Shown: positions 36,821 through 59,699, numbered from the stretch's first letter. The stretch: 64,000 nucleotides of DNA from the human T2T-CHM13v2.0 reference genome, Homo sapiens (GCF_009914755.1 NC_060935.1); one strand, 5' to 3'. Program-made: numbers and translations. The notes: a model not told the origin generated them from the sequence alone.

Positions 36821-37580
36821 GAACCTGTGGCGTCTCCCTATGTCCTGGTCAGGGGGCTTGCTAGGTTGGGTGCATTAGCCTGGATGGGCTTATGGAAGGG
36901 AGAGCAGGCTGGGGGCAGACCCTGTGCTCAGTTTTACATCCTGCTCCTGAAATGACTGTGGAGTGTGCACTGGGAGCTGTCCAGTTGGCAAGGGGTGCTG
37001 GTCTCTGGAGCTCTTGAGAGAGCTTGAGGAAGGAAGCATTTGCCTCAGGTGCTGGTGAGTGAGGCGGACACTGAGGAGTGCTCTGAGTGTGGGGAGTAAA
37101 ACAATGTGAACTCCAGGTTGAAACCTGGAGATGCCCTCAAATTGTGATAAATGGAAAATAAAGTATACTGGACATGACTTGGTGCAGAGAGAGCACCAAG
37201 CAGGCTGGCTGTGCATCTGAGGGGACAACAAACTAGGGCTAGGGCTGCTGCTAGTGGGAACCACGTGCCTGGACACCAAGGCAGGCTGGGAGATCCCTCA
37301 GTCCAAGACCAGCAGGACCACTGTAATTGCTGTTTTCTATTGCCATGGTTTTCATTCGCGAACGCAGGATGGGAAATCTGTAAGGAATCCAGGATGATTT
37401 CTGCAAATATTTCCTTCTGGGATGCTTGCATTCAGGCCCCATTAGTAACAGAATGCTGGTTACTCTAGAGTTGATTATCAGCCACAGCAAAAGTCCACTC
37501 CCCTATGGAAACCACCCTCGATTCAAGGCCCGAGACTGCAGGATCATAACAAGACCAGTGGAGATGTGCAGGGCAAGTGA

Positions 37581-37586
37581 TTTATT
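37581..37586 (-). terminator. SCGB1D4 polyadenylation signal AATAAA
   Basis: tttatt on +, about 110 nt downstream of the stop codon. Confidence 0.85.
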
Positions 37587-37695
37587 AAAGCAACGTGTTG
37601 AAACCTTTACAATTTTTAGTGAAGATCAGGGTGTCGTTGAAAGACTTTGGAAACCAGGTTGAGCATTTTTACATGTCACACACCACATTTTTTCA

Positions 37696-40295
<2,600 letters not shown>

Positions 40296-40379
40296 GGTGG
40301 CTTATTCGGCTGTGAGCTCAGCTTTCACAATGAGTGATTTGGATTCGACTCCAGGAGCCTGTGTAGTCATGGAGGCCAG

Positions 40380-40540
40380 GGCTATTTGTACCTAGGGAGC
40401 CTGGCTGGTCCTACCTACCGGGGCACCTGGTAGGTCATGAGGCCTGGCTCCCAGCCCGCCCTTCCAAGCCAGGGCTGCTGCCGTCCATCAATGTCACCTC
40501 CTTAGGAATCTCTGCATCTGAGTGGGGCGGAGCACAAGAC
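40380..40540 (-). promoter_or_regulatory. SCGB1D4 proximal promoter: TATA-like TACAAATA (40390-40383), AGGTCA half-site near 40435, GC box near 40524-40532
   Basis: Motifs read directly; the TATA-like box lies about 90 nt upstream of the ATG, the same spacing as in SCGB2A2. Confidence 0.6.
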
Positions 40541-41429
40541 AGCAGCCTTGTGAGAACTCTGCTCTGTGCTCCAGGTGAGTGTTCAGGTACATCTGGAAAT
40601 GTTCCTGGGATCCTCAATTTCCTTATGAGCTTTTGCTGATTAGTTCTTTTTATCTTTGTAGCAGTGCAGGGGCACAGGTGAATTATGGCTTCACAAGGCA
40701 CAGGAAGCTGGAAGGCTGTGTTCTCTTTATGGGAGAGCAGGGACATAAGGAGACCCTGCTTTGATCCCCCTGCATGTCTGACAACAAGCAGGCTTGTTTC
40801 AGTTGCACATTGGGAAAGTCTAATCCTTCCCCTCAGCCCCTTCCATCACCACCATGTTCACTGCATAGGTACTGAAAACATAGTTGAATACATCCCACCT
40901 GTAGAAGATATGCTGAGGAAAAACATCTGCTGCACCTGTTCTCTAGCCTGCCTCACTCCCAAAACTGAATCTTGTTTATACGTGCAGTTATATATATGGC
41001 CAAGATTCACATTTTCTATCTATAAAAAGCAAGCTTTCTGTGATGTGTAGCCACCCACGTCTTATCTTAGGGCTGATCTGAAGATTAAATAACCTAACTC
41101 TTTTTCTCAAGAGCTTTTGGAGTGTTCAGAGCCAATCATACATCAGTGGGGCTCTAGGCTGGGAAGATAATAGAAGGGAAGAGACAGAGGAACAGGGTGG
41201 GTGGTCACTTCCCCCTAACCCCTAGGCTCAAGTTTTCCACTTCAAACCTATCTGTGCTGCCTGGGCCAATCCCATTTTTAAGGGAAAGTGAAGGAAGCCC
41301 CCAGACAAAGCAATACACACCCGCCTTCCCTCCCATTGCCGTGCCTTCATGTGGTGTGAGTTTAATCACCAGAAATTTTTCTCTTAAATAAACTTACATT
41401 TGAGAGGAGTCACAGCCCAGGCCATAGCT

Positions 41430-41600
41430 TTCCATTCTCAGCTATGTAGTCAAATCACTTGGAGCTTTTAAAACATACTGACCCCACAGGCTTCTCTCTC
41501 TGGCGATTTTGATTCAGTAGCATTGGGGTGAATCCCTCCTTTCTGTACTGTTTAAACTGCTCTGGTGTTTCTCACAGACAGCAGGGCTGAGATCCAGCCA
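41430..41600. mobile_element. MER5-like DNA transposon fragment
   Basis: aatcacttggagcttttaaaacatactga...tttgattcagtag...cagcagggctgaga. Confidence 0.55.
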
Positions 41601-41784
41601 GGAAAACCTTTAAGAAGGAAGGGGACCTTACGGGTTTTGTCATCAAAGACACATTGACAGATTTAGTTGAGTCCAAGCTGAGGGCAACAGTGGATCTCAC
41701 TTTCATCACACAGGATGACGACGGAGTCCCTGAATCAGCCCTGCTGCCACCAAGGAGGGGGAGGGTTGGTGGTGAGGTTTACAG

Positions 41785-41995
41785 CTATGAGGGTTCAGAT
41801 CCTCATTTATGGGCTCCTGGACCTTAGGAAAATTATTCAGTTTATGTAACCCCAGTTTTCTCATTTGTCAAAGTAGGCTACTAATGGTGCCTACATCATT
41901 GGGTTGATAGATGATCAAATGAGTGTGTTCATGGGTGTGTGTGTGTTTAAAATATACCAAGTTCTGGTACATAGTAGTTCTCAATGTAAACTGCC
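41785..41995 (+). mobile_element. MIR fragment
   Basis: gggttcagatcc...cagttttctcatttgtcaaa...cctacatcattgggttg...ctggtacatagtag. Confidence 0.6.
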
Positions 41996-42544
41996 ATTAT
42001 CTTGTCCCATTTGTCATATATGTCATGGTTTGCCAGTAGTTCCTAGTTTAGAGCACAGCCAAAATCCACTAAATCACCTACTTGCAGAACTACACGGACA
42101 CCTAGATACACCATTTCTCTTTGACATAAATGGAAAAGGAAACCCAGCTCACGGTCTTGGAGGCCGCAAACCCATGAATATGGGCTTCAGGACTGAGGCC
42201 TCTTTTGCAGTAGACAGGTCTGTGAAGCATCCACCCTTTTTGTGGATGAGAGTTTATCCTCACTCAGGCTTGACATTCACCTTGTCATCTGTACAGTCCA
42301 TTGGGGAGCATGTGTATCTCTGACAGAGGATTGTTTGCGTATACTTTTATTAGTCCTACCACGATTAACACCTATGCAGGGTTTTTTTGTTTCCATCATT
42401 GATGCTTTTTATGGCTCCCTCCTTTTTACACAATTGACTCAAGATTTTAGTTTATTCTTTCCATCCATGGACATCGTTGCCTGACCCCGATGACTTGGTC
42501 AATACTCCCCTTCATAGACTCTGCTGGAACCATGCACCTCTCAT

Positions 42545-43835
42545 TTGCAGCAATCTCAAGTAACAAGGAATTTAAAAGGATTTTCTTTAAAAGTGCTCAG
42601 CTTAATTAAAAGTGGATATGTTCAAGTTATAGGTATATTGAAAAGGTCTTTATGCTTTTCTCTTGTTGAATCTTGTTTTTTGGGAAAAAGGCTCTTTTCT
42701 TTTCAATCAACTGAATTATTTTTCTCCATTTTTCATCTTACCATTCTTAATGCAAGCATGAGAAGCCCTAAGATAACTTCTGGTAGCATGGGACTCCTTG
42801 GGAAAAACAGAGGAGGCACCACAGACCCCATTTTGGGGAAAAAAAAAACTGTTTTCCTCATGAAACCCCCAAAATTAAAAGCAGTTACTTCTCAAAATCA
42901 AAGGCTCTGTTCTGTTATGTATTGTGTAATCTACCATTTTGAGTTTTGGGGGTGTCAAATTACTTCACACTATGAGAGAGCTTCGGTGTGTAATAACTAG
43001 ATAGAAAATTCAATGTTAGGGATGGCTAATAGTAGTTATAATCAAAGAAGCGTGCTCTTGGCCACCTGAAAGATATGGCAACATCCTCACCCCCAACTAA
43101 GAGACGAGACTCCCATGGGGAATGGGCTCATTACAGAATAAGCCAATTGGCTTTGGGTTCCCTTGCAGTGAAATATGTGATAGAACCACTACACTGTCTT
43201 CTCCCATAGTATCTCCCTCCTTTTAGGGACCCAAGATCAGGTATAAAATGGCACCCTTAATTTTAGGGATCTGCCTTTGCCTTCAGCTGCGTCTGTTTAT
43301 TAGGTATGCTACATAGCCCTGTTCCTTCAAGGGCTCCACCCTAAAGCCAGTAATCCAATTAAGAGACTACCAAGTGAAAAATCTTACAAGTGCTGAATCT
43401 TCTGTTTCTTAGTGTTGCTATATATGTGCTGTGTGTGATGTCTATAAAAAGAGCTCTGATTGATTGGCTTAAAGAAAAATAAGTGCTTCAATCAAATGTT
43501 TTAGTTCACATGACTTGAAGAAATAAAAATAGTCTGAAGGATTATTAGTAAAAGGCAAGTGTCATCAAAATGCAAATAGGTTGTCTAAATCATATAATTT
43601 AGATACCAGGTTTGCTAAATGTTCCAAGGTCATATACTGCCTGCTTTACACATAGGTAAGGCCTGGGACTCATGGAGCTAGAAGCTGAAAAGTCAGACTT
43701 TATTTGCACTTCTGTCTGGGTCCTAGGATCCACAGCTGGAACATAATTAAAATTGCTTACTAACCAGGTTTTTCACCAAAAATAAAAGGTGAAGGGTAAA
43801 GTTATTGTAAACCACAGAGATAAATACACTTCTTT
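42545..43835 (+). mobile_element. MER4-group ERV internal fragment
   Basis: Shares cagcttaattaaaag with the 19065 region; typical AT-rich non-autonomous ERV1 internal sequence. Confidence 0.55.
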
Positions 43836-43839
43836 GTCA

Positions 43840-48406
<4,567 letters not shown>

Positions 48407-48549
48407 CTCATGTATACATTTACAATATTGGATCATGCAAAATCTCCCTCCAGAGAGCTCTACCCATTCATTCACCCACCATCATATATGAGGTCACCTG
48501 TAGAGATTTTTCTGATACAAAAAGTTACATAGAAAATGTGTGGTTATAA

Positions 48550-49340
48550 ATCCCCATTTTCTTTATCCAGTCCACCAATTATGGGCACCTAGGTTATTCC
48601 ATGATTTTGCTATTGTGAAAAGTGCTGCAATGAACGGTTCTGTGTGTGTCATACACTCATAGAATAGTTTGTTTTCTTTCGGATATATACCCAGTAATGG
48701 GATTGTGGGATTGAATGGTAATTCTATTTTCAGTTCTTTGAGAAATCTCCAAACTGCTTTCCACAGTGGCTCAACTAATTTGCAGTCTCACCAGCAGTGT
48801 ATAAGCATTCTCTCTTCTCTGAAACCTTGCCAACATCTGTTATTTCCTGATGTTTTAATAATAGTCATTATGACTGGTGTGAGATGGTATCTCTTTGGTA
48901 TATCTTCTTCTGAGAAGTGTCTGTTCATGTCTCTTGCCCATTTTTTAATGTGGTTGTTTGTATTTTGCTTGTTGATTTGTTTTAGTTCCTTATAGTTCCT
49001 TATCCTTATAGATGCTGGATATTAGACCTTTGTCAGATGCATAGTATGCAAATATTTTCTCCCATTCTGTAGGTTGTCTGTTTACTTTGTTGATAGTCTT
49101 TTGCTGTGCAGAAGCTTTTTAGTTTAATTAGGTCCTACTTGTCTATTTTTGTTTTTTGCAATTGCTTTTGGAGACTTCTTTAAATCATTGCCAAGGCCTC
49201 CCAAAGTGCTGGGGTTACAGGCATGAGCCACTGTGCCTGCCCTGGGATTGCATTCTTGATTTAACTCTCAGTTTGGACATTATTGGTGTATAGAAATACT
49301 ACTGATTTTTTACATTGATGTCATATCCCAAAACTTTCCA
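48550..49340 (-). mobile_element. Older L1 ORF2 3' fragment with an internal deletion and Alu remnant
   Basis: ggatatatacccagtaatgggatt...ttgtcagatgcatag...gcagaagctttttagtttaattagg. Confidence 0.85.
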
Positions 49341-49489
49341 TATTCTTTTGTTTTCATTGTTTCTTATAAACAAGAGATTACCAGGTTTTATTATTTAATC
49401 TCAGAGTCTCTGCCATTTGACAGGATGAGTTTAACTCATTTATATTTATTTTCATTACTGTTACATTAGTGCTTATTTCTCTCACTTTA

Positions 49490-50715
<1,226 letters not shown>

Positions 50716-51255
50716 TCACCTCATTTTGTTTTCTGTTTCCTATACTTTTTTCTAACTTTCTTGCTTACATTAGAGTTTAATTCTGCCACTTTACATTTTC
50801 TACTTCCAGCACTTTTTAAATGTTCCTACTATGGACTAATTTCATTCTGCTGGTTCGAAAGTTATGCATTGTATTTTTGCTGTTCTGGTGATTGTCCCTT
50901 ACTTACTGACCTATATATAGGTATAATTTTTCCATCAATCCTTTAACTTATTAGTACCTGTGTTGTTCCCCAAATAAAATAAGTGCACTAGCTCAGTCTC
51001 ACCTCCCTTCAATCACTCCTACGTTATACCTCCATCCTCAACATTTCACGACATCTAAAATTAATCCCCGGTCATCTCAGTTCACTTTCTCTTTTATTAG
51101 TTCTTGTTTTCTTGGAAAACAATAAACTTTACTAAAATATTTGCTTTCCCACACCTCTCATATCAGCATTCTGGTTTTATTTCTCTTCTTACTGAAGTTC
51201 TTTCTTTAAGATTCTGTCCACAGAAAGGTTTTGTGTGACAAGTCGTATTAGGCTG

Positions 51256-51656
51256 TGTATTAGTCCATTTTCACACTGCTGTGAAGAAATACCTGAGACT
51301 GGGTAATTTATAAAGGAAAGAGGTTTAATTGACTTACAGTTCTGCAGGCTGCACAGGAAGCTGGTGGCATCTGCTTCGAGGTTTCAGGGAGCTTTTAGAC
51401 GTGGCGGAAGCCAAAGTGGGAACAGGCATCTTACATGGCAAGAGCAGGACCAAGTTGGGGGGAGGGGCCACACACTTTTAAACGACTAGATCTCAGGAGA
51501 ACTCACTATTGTGACAACAGCACCAAGGGGAAATGACGTTAAACCATGAGAAACCACCCCTATGATCCAATCACCTCCTACCAGGCCCCACCTTCAGCAC
51601 TGGGGATTACATTTCAATATGAGATTTGGGTTGGGACACAGATCCAAACCGCATCA
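51256..51656 (-). mobile_element. MST (MaLR) solo LTR
   Basis: tgtattagtccattttcacactgct...gatccaaaccgcatca; 5-bp near-TSD ggctg/ggcta. Confidence 0.88.
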
Positions 51657-51732
51657 GGCTACGTGTATCAGTTAGAAATATGTTTGGCTACAAATAACAC
51701 CCAAATGACTGACATAAACAAGATAGTGGTTT

Positions 51733-52041
<309 letters not shown>

Positions 52042-52611
52042 GTGAGCCACCGCGCCCAGCCGGTTTCTCTTCTTTTATTTAAAAGAAATCTGGGAGTAGG
52101 CAGTGTAAAGTTGGTACACTGACCCCATAATAATCAATTTCCCAGGCTCCAGGCTCTTTTTTCTGTGTCTGAATTTTACCCTACTCAGTTTATGGTTTCA
52201 ATACTCAAGGTGGCCTCATATTCTAAGAATGCCAGAGCTCCAATCATCATGTCCATGTTCTGGGAAGGGACAAGGAGAAAGAGAGGGAGAGCAAGGGGCA
52301 CATTTCCCATCCAGATGCGCTGCCTGGGCCGGGTGGGTGAGGGCTGCCAGCAGAGCAGAAGTTGTCCTGGAGAGTTACACATTCACCACACAGTAGCTCA
52401 TCTGAGTCTCTGGCCGAGTCCTGGCCACCGGCTGCAGTAGCTTTTTCCCCGTGAAAGTTAATCTTCAGGAAATGGGCATCCCACTCTGTGTGTGGCAATG
52501 AAGTCCAGGGCTTTCAGGTTGAAGTTCCTCTGCCTCTGTTACCCACAAACATGAGGCAGCCCCAGAGACATTCAACAGGACCGGCCCGCGGTGCTCTCTG
52601 CCGCTGCGCCA

Positions 52612-52630
52612 CAGCACCACCTGCTGGTCA
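52612..52630 (-). promoter_or_regulatory. Candidate CTCF site
   Basis: Minus strand TGACCAGCAGGTGGTGCTG, close to the CCASYAGRKGGCRS core, in a CpG-retaining patch. Confidence 0.5.
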
Positions 52631-52700
52631 GGAGACTGCTCGGCATCCCTGCCGTGGCTGGAACTCCTCCGGTCAAGATCAAGTGGAGCCTCTCCTGCGG

Positions 52701-53007
<307 letters not shown>

Positions 53008-53194
53008 GGACATTACAAGGAAGTGCCGCAGCGGGCTGTGTGCTCTGCTCTGAGGAAGTGCCACAGCGCGCTGGGTCCTCTGCTCCGGCTGGTACTGTAG
53101 AAGGAGGCATGTAGCCCTTGATAGCATTTTCGGGGCAGGGTAATTCCCCATTTTATGCTCAATCGCAAGACCTTAATTCTTTTCTTTTCGTTTC

Positions 53195-53499
53195 ATTTCT
53201 TTTCTTTTCTTTTTTTGTAGATAGAGTCTCATTCTGTCATCCCTGCTGGAGTGCAGTGGCACAATCACAACTCACTGCAGCCTCAACCTCACCGGGCTCA
53301 GGTGATTCTCCCACCTCAGCCTTCCAAGTAGCTGGGACAACAGGCGTGTGCCACCACACCTGGCTAATTTTTGTATTTTTTGTAGAGACGGGGTCTCATC
53401 ATGTTGCCCAGCCTCATCTCAAACTCCTGGCTCAAGCAATCCACCCACTTCGGACTCCCAGAGTGCTGGGATTACACACATGAGCCACCACATCCAGCC
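53195..53499 (-). mobile_element. AluJ-like element
   Basis: ctcactgcagcctcaacctc and ggctcaagcaatcc diagnostics. Confidence 0.9.
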
Positions 53500-53789
53500 T
53501 GGCTGTTAAGTCTTAATTCAGGGCAACTAATTCTTTCCAATCCCTACACTCTACCTTCCAGGCCAGCCCAGAATAAGACTAGCACCTCCCACCTCATGAA
53601 CCCAGAACTACCCTTCTTGCCTCCTCAGTAACCAGCCCCCCACCCCAGAATGAAATCATTTATCATTTAAGCCCTCAAAATACATAGAGTCTTATCATAG
53701 TCTTCTCCTCAGATGCACGGGGCCTCCTTCCCTACTTCTGTGTTTCCAAGGATGGCTACTGTGATGGAGGTCTTGCATTGGTACCCACC

Positions 53790-54590
53790 CCACCTATCAT
53801 CATAATTTATAATTCTCTATCTTGCTCCAGGACCTGGTGGGCTAACCTGCATGTTCTACAAAGACAGACCCCTTTGCCCTCTGGATTCCAATTGGATTTG
53901 GCCAATGAGAAGCACTGGCAAGAGATAAGGGAGAGAGCCTGGGCCCGATGGCTCACACCTGTAATACCAACACTTTGGGAGGCCAACGCAGGCGGATCAC
54001 CTGAGGTCCAGGAGTTTGAGACCAGCCTGACCAACATGGCAAAACCTAGTCTCTACTAAAAATACAAAAATTAGCCTGGGTGGTGGGTGTGCCTGTAATG
54101 TCAGCTACTTGGGAGGCCGAGGCAGGGAGAATTGCTTGAACCCAGGAGACAGAGGTTGCGGTGAGCCAAGATCGTGCCACTGTACTCCAGCCTGGGCAAC
54201 AGAGCATTACTCTGTCTCAAAAAAGAGAGAGAGAGACAGACAGGCAGGCAGACAGAAAGAGAGAGAGAGATGAGGGAGAGAGGAGAAAGAGATCAAGTCT
54301 TTATTCCCCCACCTCCCCCCTTGTAAGGTGGCAGCATCCCTTGACCAAAGGCCACAGCTCATATCAAGCAGCATCCTCTGCAGAGCTCTTTCTGTCCCCA
54401 GGTTCTGGTAACTGCTTATTTCCCTTATATCTTCAGGGCTAGGAGTGGTCACAGAGCCCTGTCGCTCTGGTCCTAGGGTACTGTTCTATCCCTTGTGCTT
54501 CCTACCTCCTGCCCACACCTTTGTAAAGAGTCCCCCTGTGTATTTCTCCTCGATCTGAGTGTGCTCTCTCCTGCCAGGAGCCTAATACAG
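53790..54590. mobile_element. Old ERVL-type LTR (LTR16-like) interrupted by an Alu
   Basis: ccctctggattccaattggatttggccaatgagaagcactggcaagagat...ctgcccacacctttgtaaa. Confidence 0.5.
53936..54224 (+). mobile_element. Alu followed by a GA-rich tail
   Basis: Dimeric Alu. Confidence 0.93.
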
Positions 54591-55464
54591 TTACCTTCGG
54601 TGGCAGTGGTTTCAAGGTGGTTTTCTATACCAGGATGCGCTGCAAAAACCTAGAGCTTTTCTTGCCGAGGAAAAGAATCATCACAAACTAATCCCAAGCA
54701 GGACAGTCCTCTACCGAAGTTTTCCCAACCTAATTTACAGAGATGATATTCACAAGGGTTATGTCTTTTGACCCTAAATTTTTATTTACCATACAAGCAA
54801 AATCATATTGATTGCTAGGTGGTTGGCTAAGTCCCCTTGGTAGCTAATTGGCTGAGTCCCTCCCACTAACCTTGAAACATGAATGATTTTACTTTATACC
54901 TCAACAAAAATACAAACTTCTGGGAATAGTCATCCTGGGAAGGCCAAGAGTAACCAGCTTTAGAAGGAAAAAACAGTGACCAAAGAAGGCACAGGACACT
55001 GTCCTCAGGCCACCCAGCTCATCTTCACCAGGTGAGGTCATGCAAACCATACCCCACCCCTCCCACACGTGGGACAGCATCTCAGAGAGAGAAGCAGGGG
55101 CAGGGTGCAGGCCAGCTGAAAGTAGAACAATTTTATCCAAAAGAGGGTGAACCCTGCCTAAAGGTGATTTGCTAATCAGATCCTAAGTTTTTAACTGGAT
55201 TGGACATTTAGTGAAATGTTTTGTTTTGTTTTGTTTTTTGTAACTAGTAGGTAGGGGACTTAGGAGGAAGGCCAGACAAGTTACAATAAAAAGATTTTTA
55301 ATTATACTTTTTCTATATTTCTAAGTTGTGATCTAGGTTAAATTTTTGCAACTTGTTACACTTACTAAGGAGCATTTCTGTCAAGGAAATCAAAGGGAAA
55401 CATGACTTGGAAAAGAGCCTTCTGGCAAGAGTGAGGAAGTGGGAGACCAACTGGGGGCTGTTGC

Positions 55465-55920
55465 CAATGTAACTATAGATACTATATATATCCTATATAT
55501 ACATGCTATACTATATATTATATATACTATACTATTAGTATATATAATGGTATGTACACTATAGTATACAGAGTATATATGAGTGATAATATATTACTGT
55601 TTATACATAAAAATAATTATATATTAATTATGTAATAATATATTTGTATGATAGATTATTATATACATAATTATTAGTTATACTATTAGTATAACTATTA
55701 GTATAATAATACATTATATATAAAGATATATAGTTATATATTATATTATTATATATCATTATAATTACATAACTATATATACATAGCTAGTTATGTATAT
55801 AATAATCTATCATACAAATATAACTAAATTATTACATAATTAATACATAATTATTGTTATGTATAAACAGTAATATATTATTACAGTTTTATATCTATAT
55901 ACTCAATAGTATATAGATAC
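55465..55920. repeat. AT-rich tract containing a long inverted repeat (arms 55586-55672 and 55791-55881)
   Basis: The arms match as reverse complements apart from a few mismatches and one short indel. Confidence 0.85.
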
Positions 55921-56809
55921 ACACCACACACACACATACACACACGCACACATGCACATACACAAATGTATACACCCAGGTGTTTCTGGTGCTATCTCCA
56001 TTTATTAATACTTTGGGTGGGAATATTCAGTCTGGAAAGATCAAGAGTAACCAGCTTCAGACGGAAAAGGCAGTGACCAAAGGAGACACAGGACACTGTG
56101 CTCAGGCCACCTATGGATATTTTTCCTTTAACAGAATTTGAATATTCTGGTTACACCTGCATTGGTATTTCAGGTGAAGCTGTTTCCACAGATCTTAGCC
56201 ATTCCCTTGATGTTTCTGACCCAAGCACAGAGCTGTTTGTGGCTGGCTTGCAAAGTAAGGCAAGGACACAGTAGAAGTTTCTCCAACCCCAGCCCTTTCC
56301 CTCCAGCGGAAACCTTCGCAGATCCTCTTGGAGACTGGCCCAGCAGCAGGGTGTTGGGAGCCCCTTGACATTCTCTTGGTTGCTGGTACCTGGTCCCACC
56401 ACGAGCACTGCAGTTGGAAAGCTGCAGAGGCAGGGGCCTTTCAGGCACCCAGAGGGCAAGGTTCTGCAGCTCACATCCCACTAACGGGGTCACTGATGGC
56501 TTCTTGGCACAGTAAGGGCAGCACATGGAGCTCCCCAGGGTGAGGGGCTGGACTTCGGTCATACTGGTCTTTGGTCTTGTCTTCACACCCTCTCCTTGAA
56601 TCTCTCTCTCCCTCTGCCAGAAAAATTGCAGATCCCTTCAAGAATAATCTATGGAGCCTCCTTATCAAAAAACTCTCACACCTCAACATGATCTTTCCAT
56701 GCTGAGTTCCCTTAATTTTCTGGCCTACAGACTCTTTACTGGGAAGGTTTTGGGAGAGGCAGCTTGCTCCCCTAAGGAGATGTTAAGAAGTTGACAGGGG
56801 CAATTTGAG

Positions 56810-57030
56810 CTGTGGTGAAAAGCACAGGCTCAGACATCCATTGACTCTTGATCCCAGACCCTTGCTGTGTCACCATGAACAAGTTACTCAACCTATCTAA
56901 TCTTGATTTCCTCATTTGTAAAATAGAGGAAATAATACATACTTCATATAGTTGTTGTAAGGATCAGCTGAGATGTGCCTGGAAACTACCTATCACAGTT
57001 TCTGGCCCTTAGTAAACAGTAAATTACCGT
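56810..57030 (+). mobile_element. MIR
   Basis: gctgtgtcaccatgaacaagttactcaacc...tttcctcatttgtaaaatag...cttcatatagttgttgtaagga. Confidence 0.75.
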
Positions 57031-58193
57031 TATAATTATGACTGCAGGGAGCCCTCTTCTCCCCATTCTTTCCAGATGCTTAGTGAGGACCACTGTGTGT
57101 AACAGAATCTTCCTGATGGGGACCTGTGGCCCATGTGAACCCTGTGAAGTCAGAACAAAGATCTAGAACCACTGCACTCGCCAATTCTTCCAACCTCATA
57201 CATTTGGGCACATATACTTGCAACCCACACTAGACTGAAAGTGTCTTGCAGAAATGTCATATTCCTTTTGTATCCTCCACAATGTCTACAAATCCCAGGG
57301 TTGGGCATGCTATTAATATTTGACAAATGCTCGTTGATGAATTGTTGGTGGTAGTACACTGGAAAGTAATTAGGATGAACAGTGCCCTATGATCATTGGA
57401 AAGCATCTGGCATCATGGAAAATTATTTAGTGCCTACCGTTCATCCATTTAGTAGAAATAGCGCCCTGCTTATAAATTAGAAACCCTAATTATCTTGATG
57501 GATGCCTCTTTTGCAGCCTCAGGTAGTTTGATTTTGCTTACTGTTAAGGAGGTGTTCAAATTTTTTAAAACAATTATTCAAATTGTTTTGCAAAGCCTGG
57601 CGAGCATCATAAAAGCTCTAGATCATAAATCATAAAGAAAAACAAGACAGAGGTAAAGTCGCAGGTGTGACCTTTGTTTTCAGTATTCTTTCCAATGAAC
57701 AGCTTGTAACTGCCATGATGTCAAAGCCATGGCCGCCTTAGTTTTCATGTAAAGTATTTCCGCCTTTTTCCAGTCAATGAACACTGTCCACTATGGCCAG
57801 ATTCTATACTAAACTCTGAGGCTATAACAGTGAAGAAGACGGATCGGATAAGGCCCCTGTCCTCCTGGAGTTCACAGTTTCATGGCCTTTGTGTTTGGGG
57901 GGTACTTGTGTCCTTCAAAGATGTGGTCCATTAACCTAGGGATTAGCACTTTGCAACATTCTGTGTGGTCACTTTTAGAGAGGCAGCTCCCAAAAGACAG
58001 GGCCCATGTGAGGTCCATGGTATGATGCCTATAATGTGCCACATGGGGGGTCGCCTCCTGCAGCCTCCAGCCTGGGAATAGATGAGGTGCAGAACCGAAA
58101 GGAAGATGGGATCTGAACAAAAGTCTGTGTCCACAGGAGACATGCAGGAGAAAGTGAATATCGAGTGAGTGAGAGAAACAAAAGTCAAAATGA

Positions 58194-58489
58194 GGCTGGG
58201 CGCAGTGGCTCACGCCTGGAATCCCAGCACTTTCGGAGGCTGAGGCAAGCAGATCACTGGAGGTCAGGAGTTCCAGACCAGCCTGACCAACATGGGGAAA
58301 CCCCATCTCTACTAAAAATACAAAAACTAGCTGAGCGTGCCGGCGCATGCCTATAATCCCAGCTACTCAGGAGGCTGAGTCAAAAGAATCGCTTGAACCT
58401 GGGAGGCGGAGGTTGCAGTGAGCCACGATCATGTCACTGCGCTCCAGCCTGGGTGACAGAGACTCCATCTCAAAAAACAAAACAAAAAA
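58194..58489 (+). mobile_element. Alu
   Basis: Dimeric Alu; TSD acaaaagtcaaaatg-like on both sides. Confidence 0.95.
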
Positions 58490-58983
58490 GTCAAAATGGA
58501 TGCGTCTTCAGGAGGTGAATCAAAATCCACCCCTGCCTGTGCCAGGCCCCATGGATACACAAGACAGCCGGAGAGCCACACAGCTGACAATGCAGCAGGG
58601 GAGAGAAATCATAGACTCCAGCTACACAGTTACTAATTTCAGCTGGGGAAGACTCTCCAAGGGAGAAATAGGGGTTCTATGAGCGCATCTTACAGGGACC
58701 TATCCTGGCCTGAAGGGACTGCTATATCCTTTCCCAGAAACCTAGACATAAAAGATGAAGTAAAATAAACATGATAGAAAAATGGACATGCGAGTGGGTA
58801 AAGAAAAACCAGAAATTCCGACTTAGCAACTGGGAACATGACGGTGCTGTTTATGAGGTGGGGAATCCTGGAGACAGAAAAGGTTTGGAGGAAGGATATT
58901 AAGTTTGGCTTGGGATATGCTGAGCTTGAGATGCCTAGAGGACATCAGAGAAGCCAAAGTGATCATTTAAATTGTTCCATAGA

Positions 58984-59314
<331 letters not shown>

Positions 59315-59336
59315 TTAAGATGGAAGCCACACTTAG

Positions 59337-59654
<318 letters not shown>

Positions 59655-59699
59655 ACGAAGCCACACTCTTTACCAAGGCTTTCGGGGTGGTGGACCTTA

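Noticed and set aside
56170-56586. 138-aa minus-strand ORF in apparently unique sequence
   Set aside because: Non-ATG start, no recognisable domain, no secretoglobin motif and no splice structure
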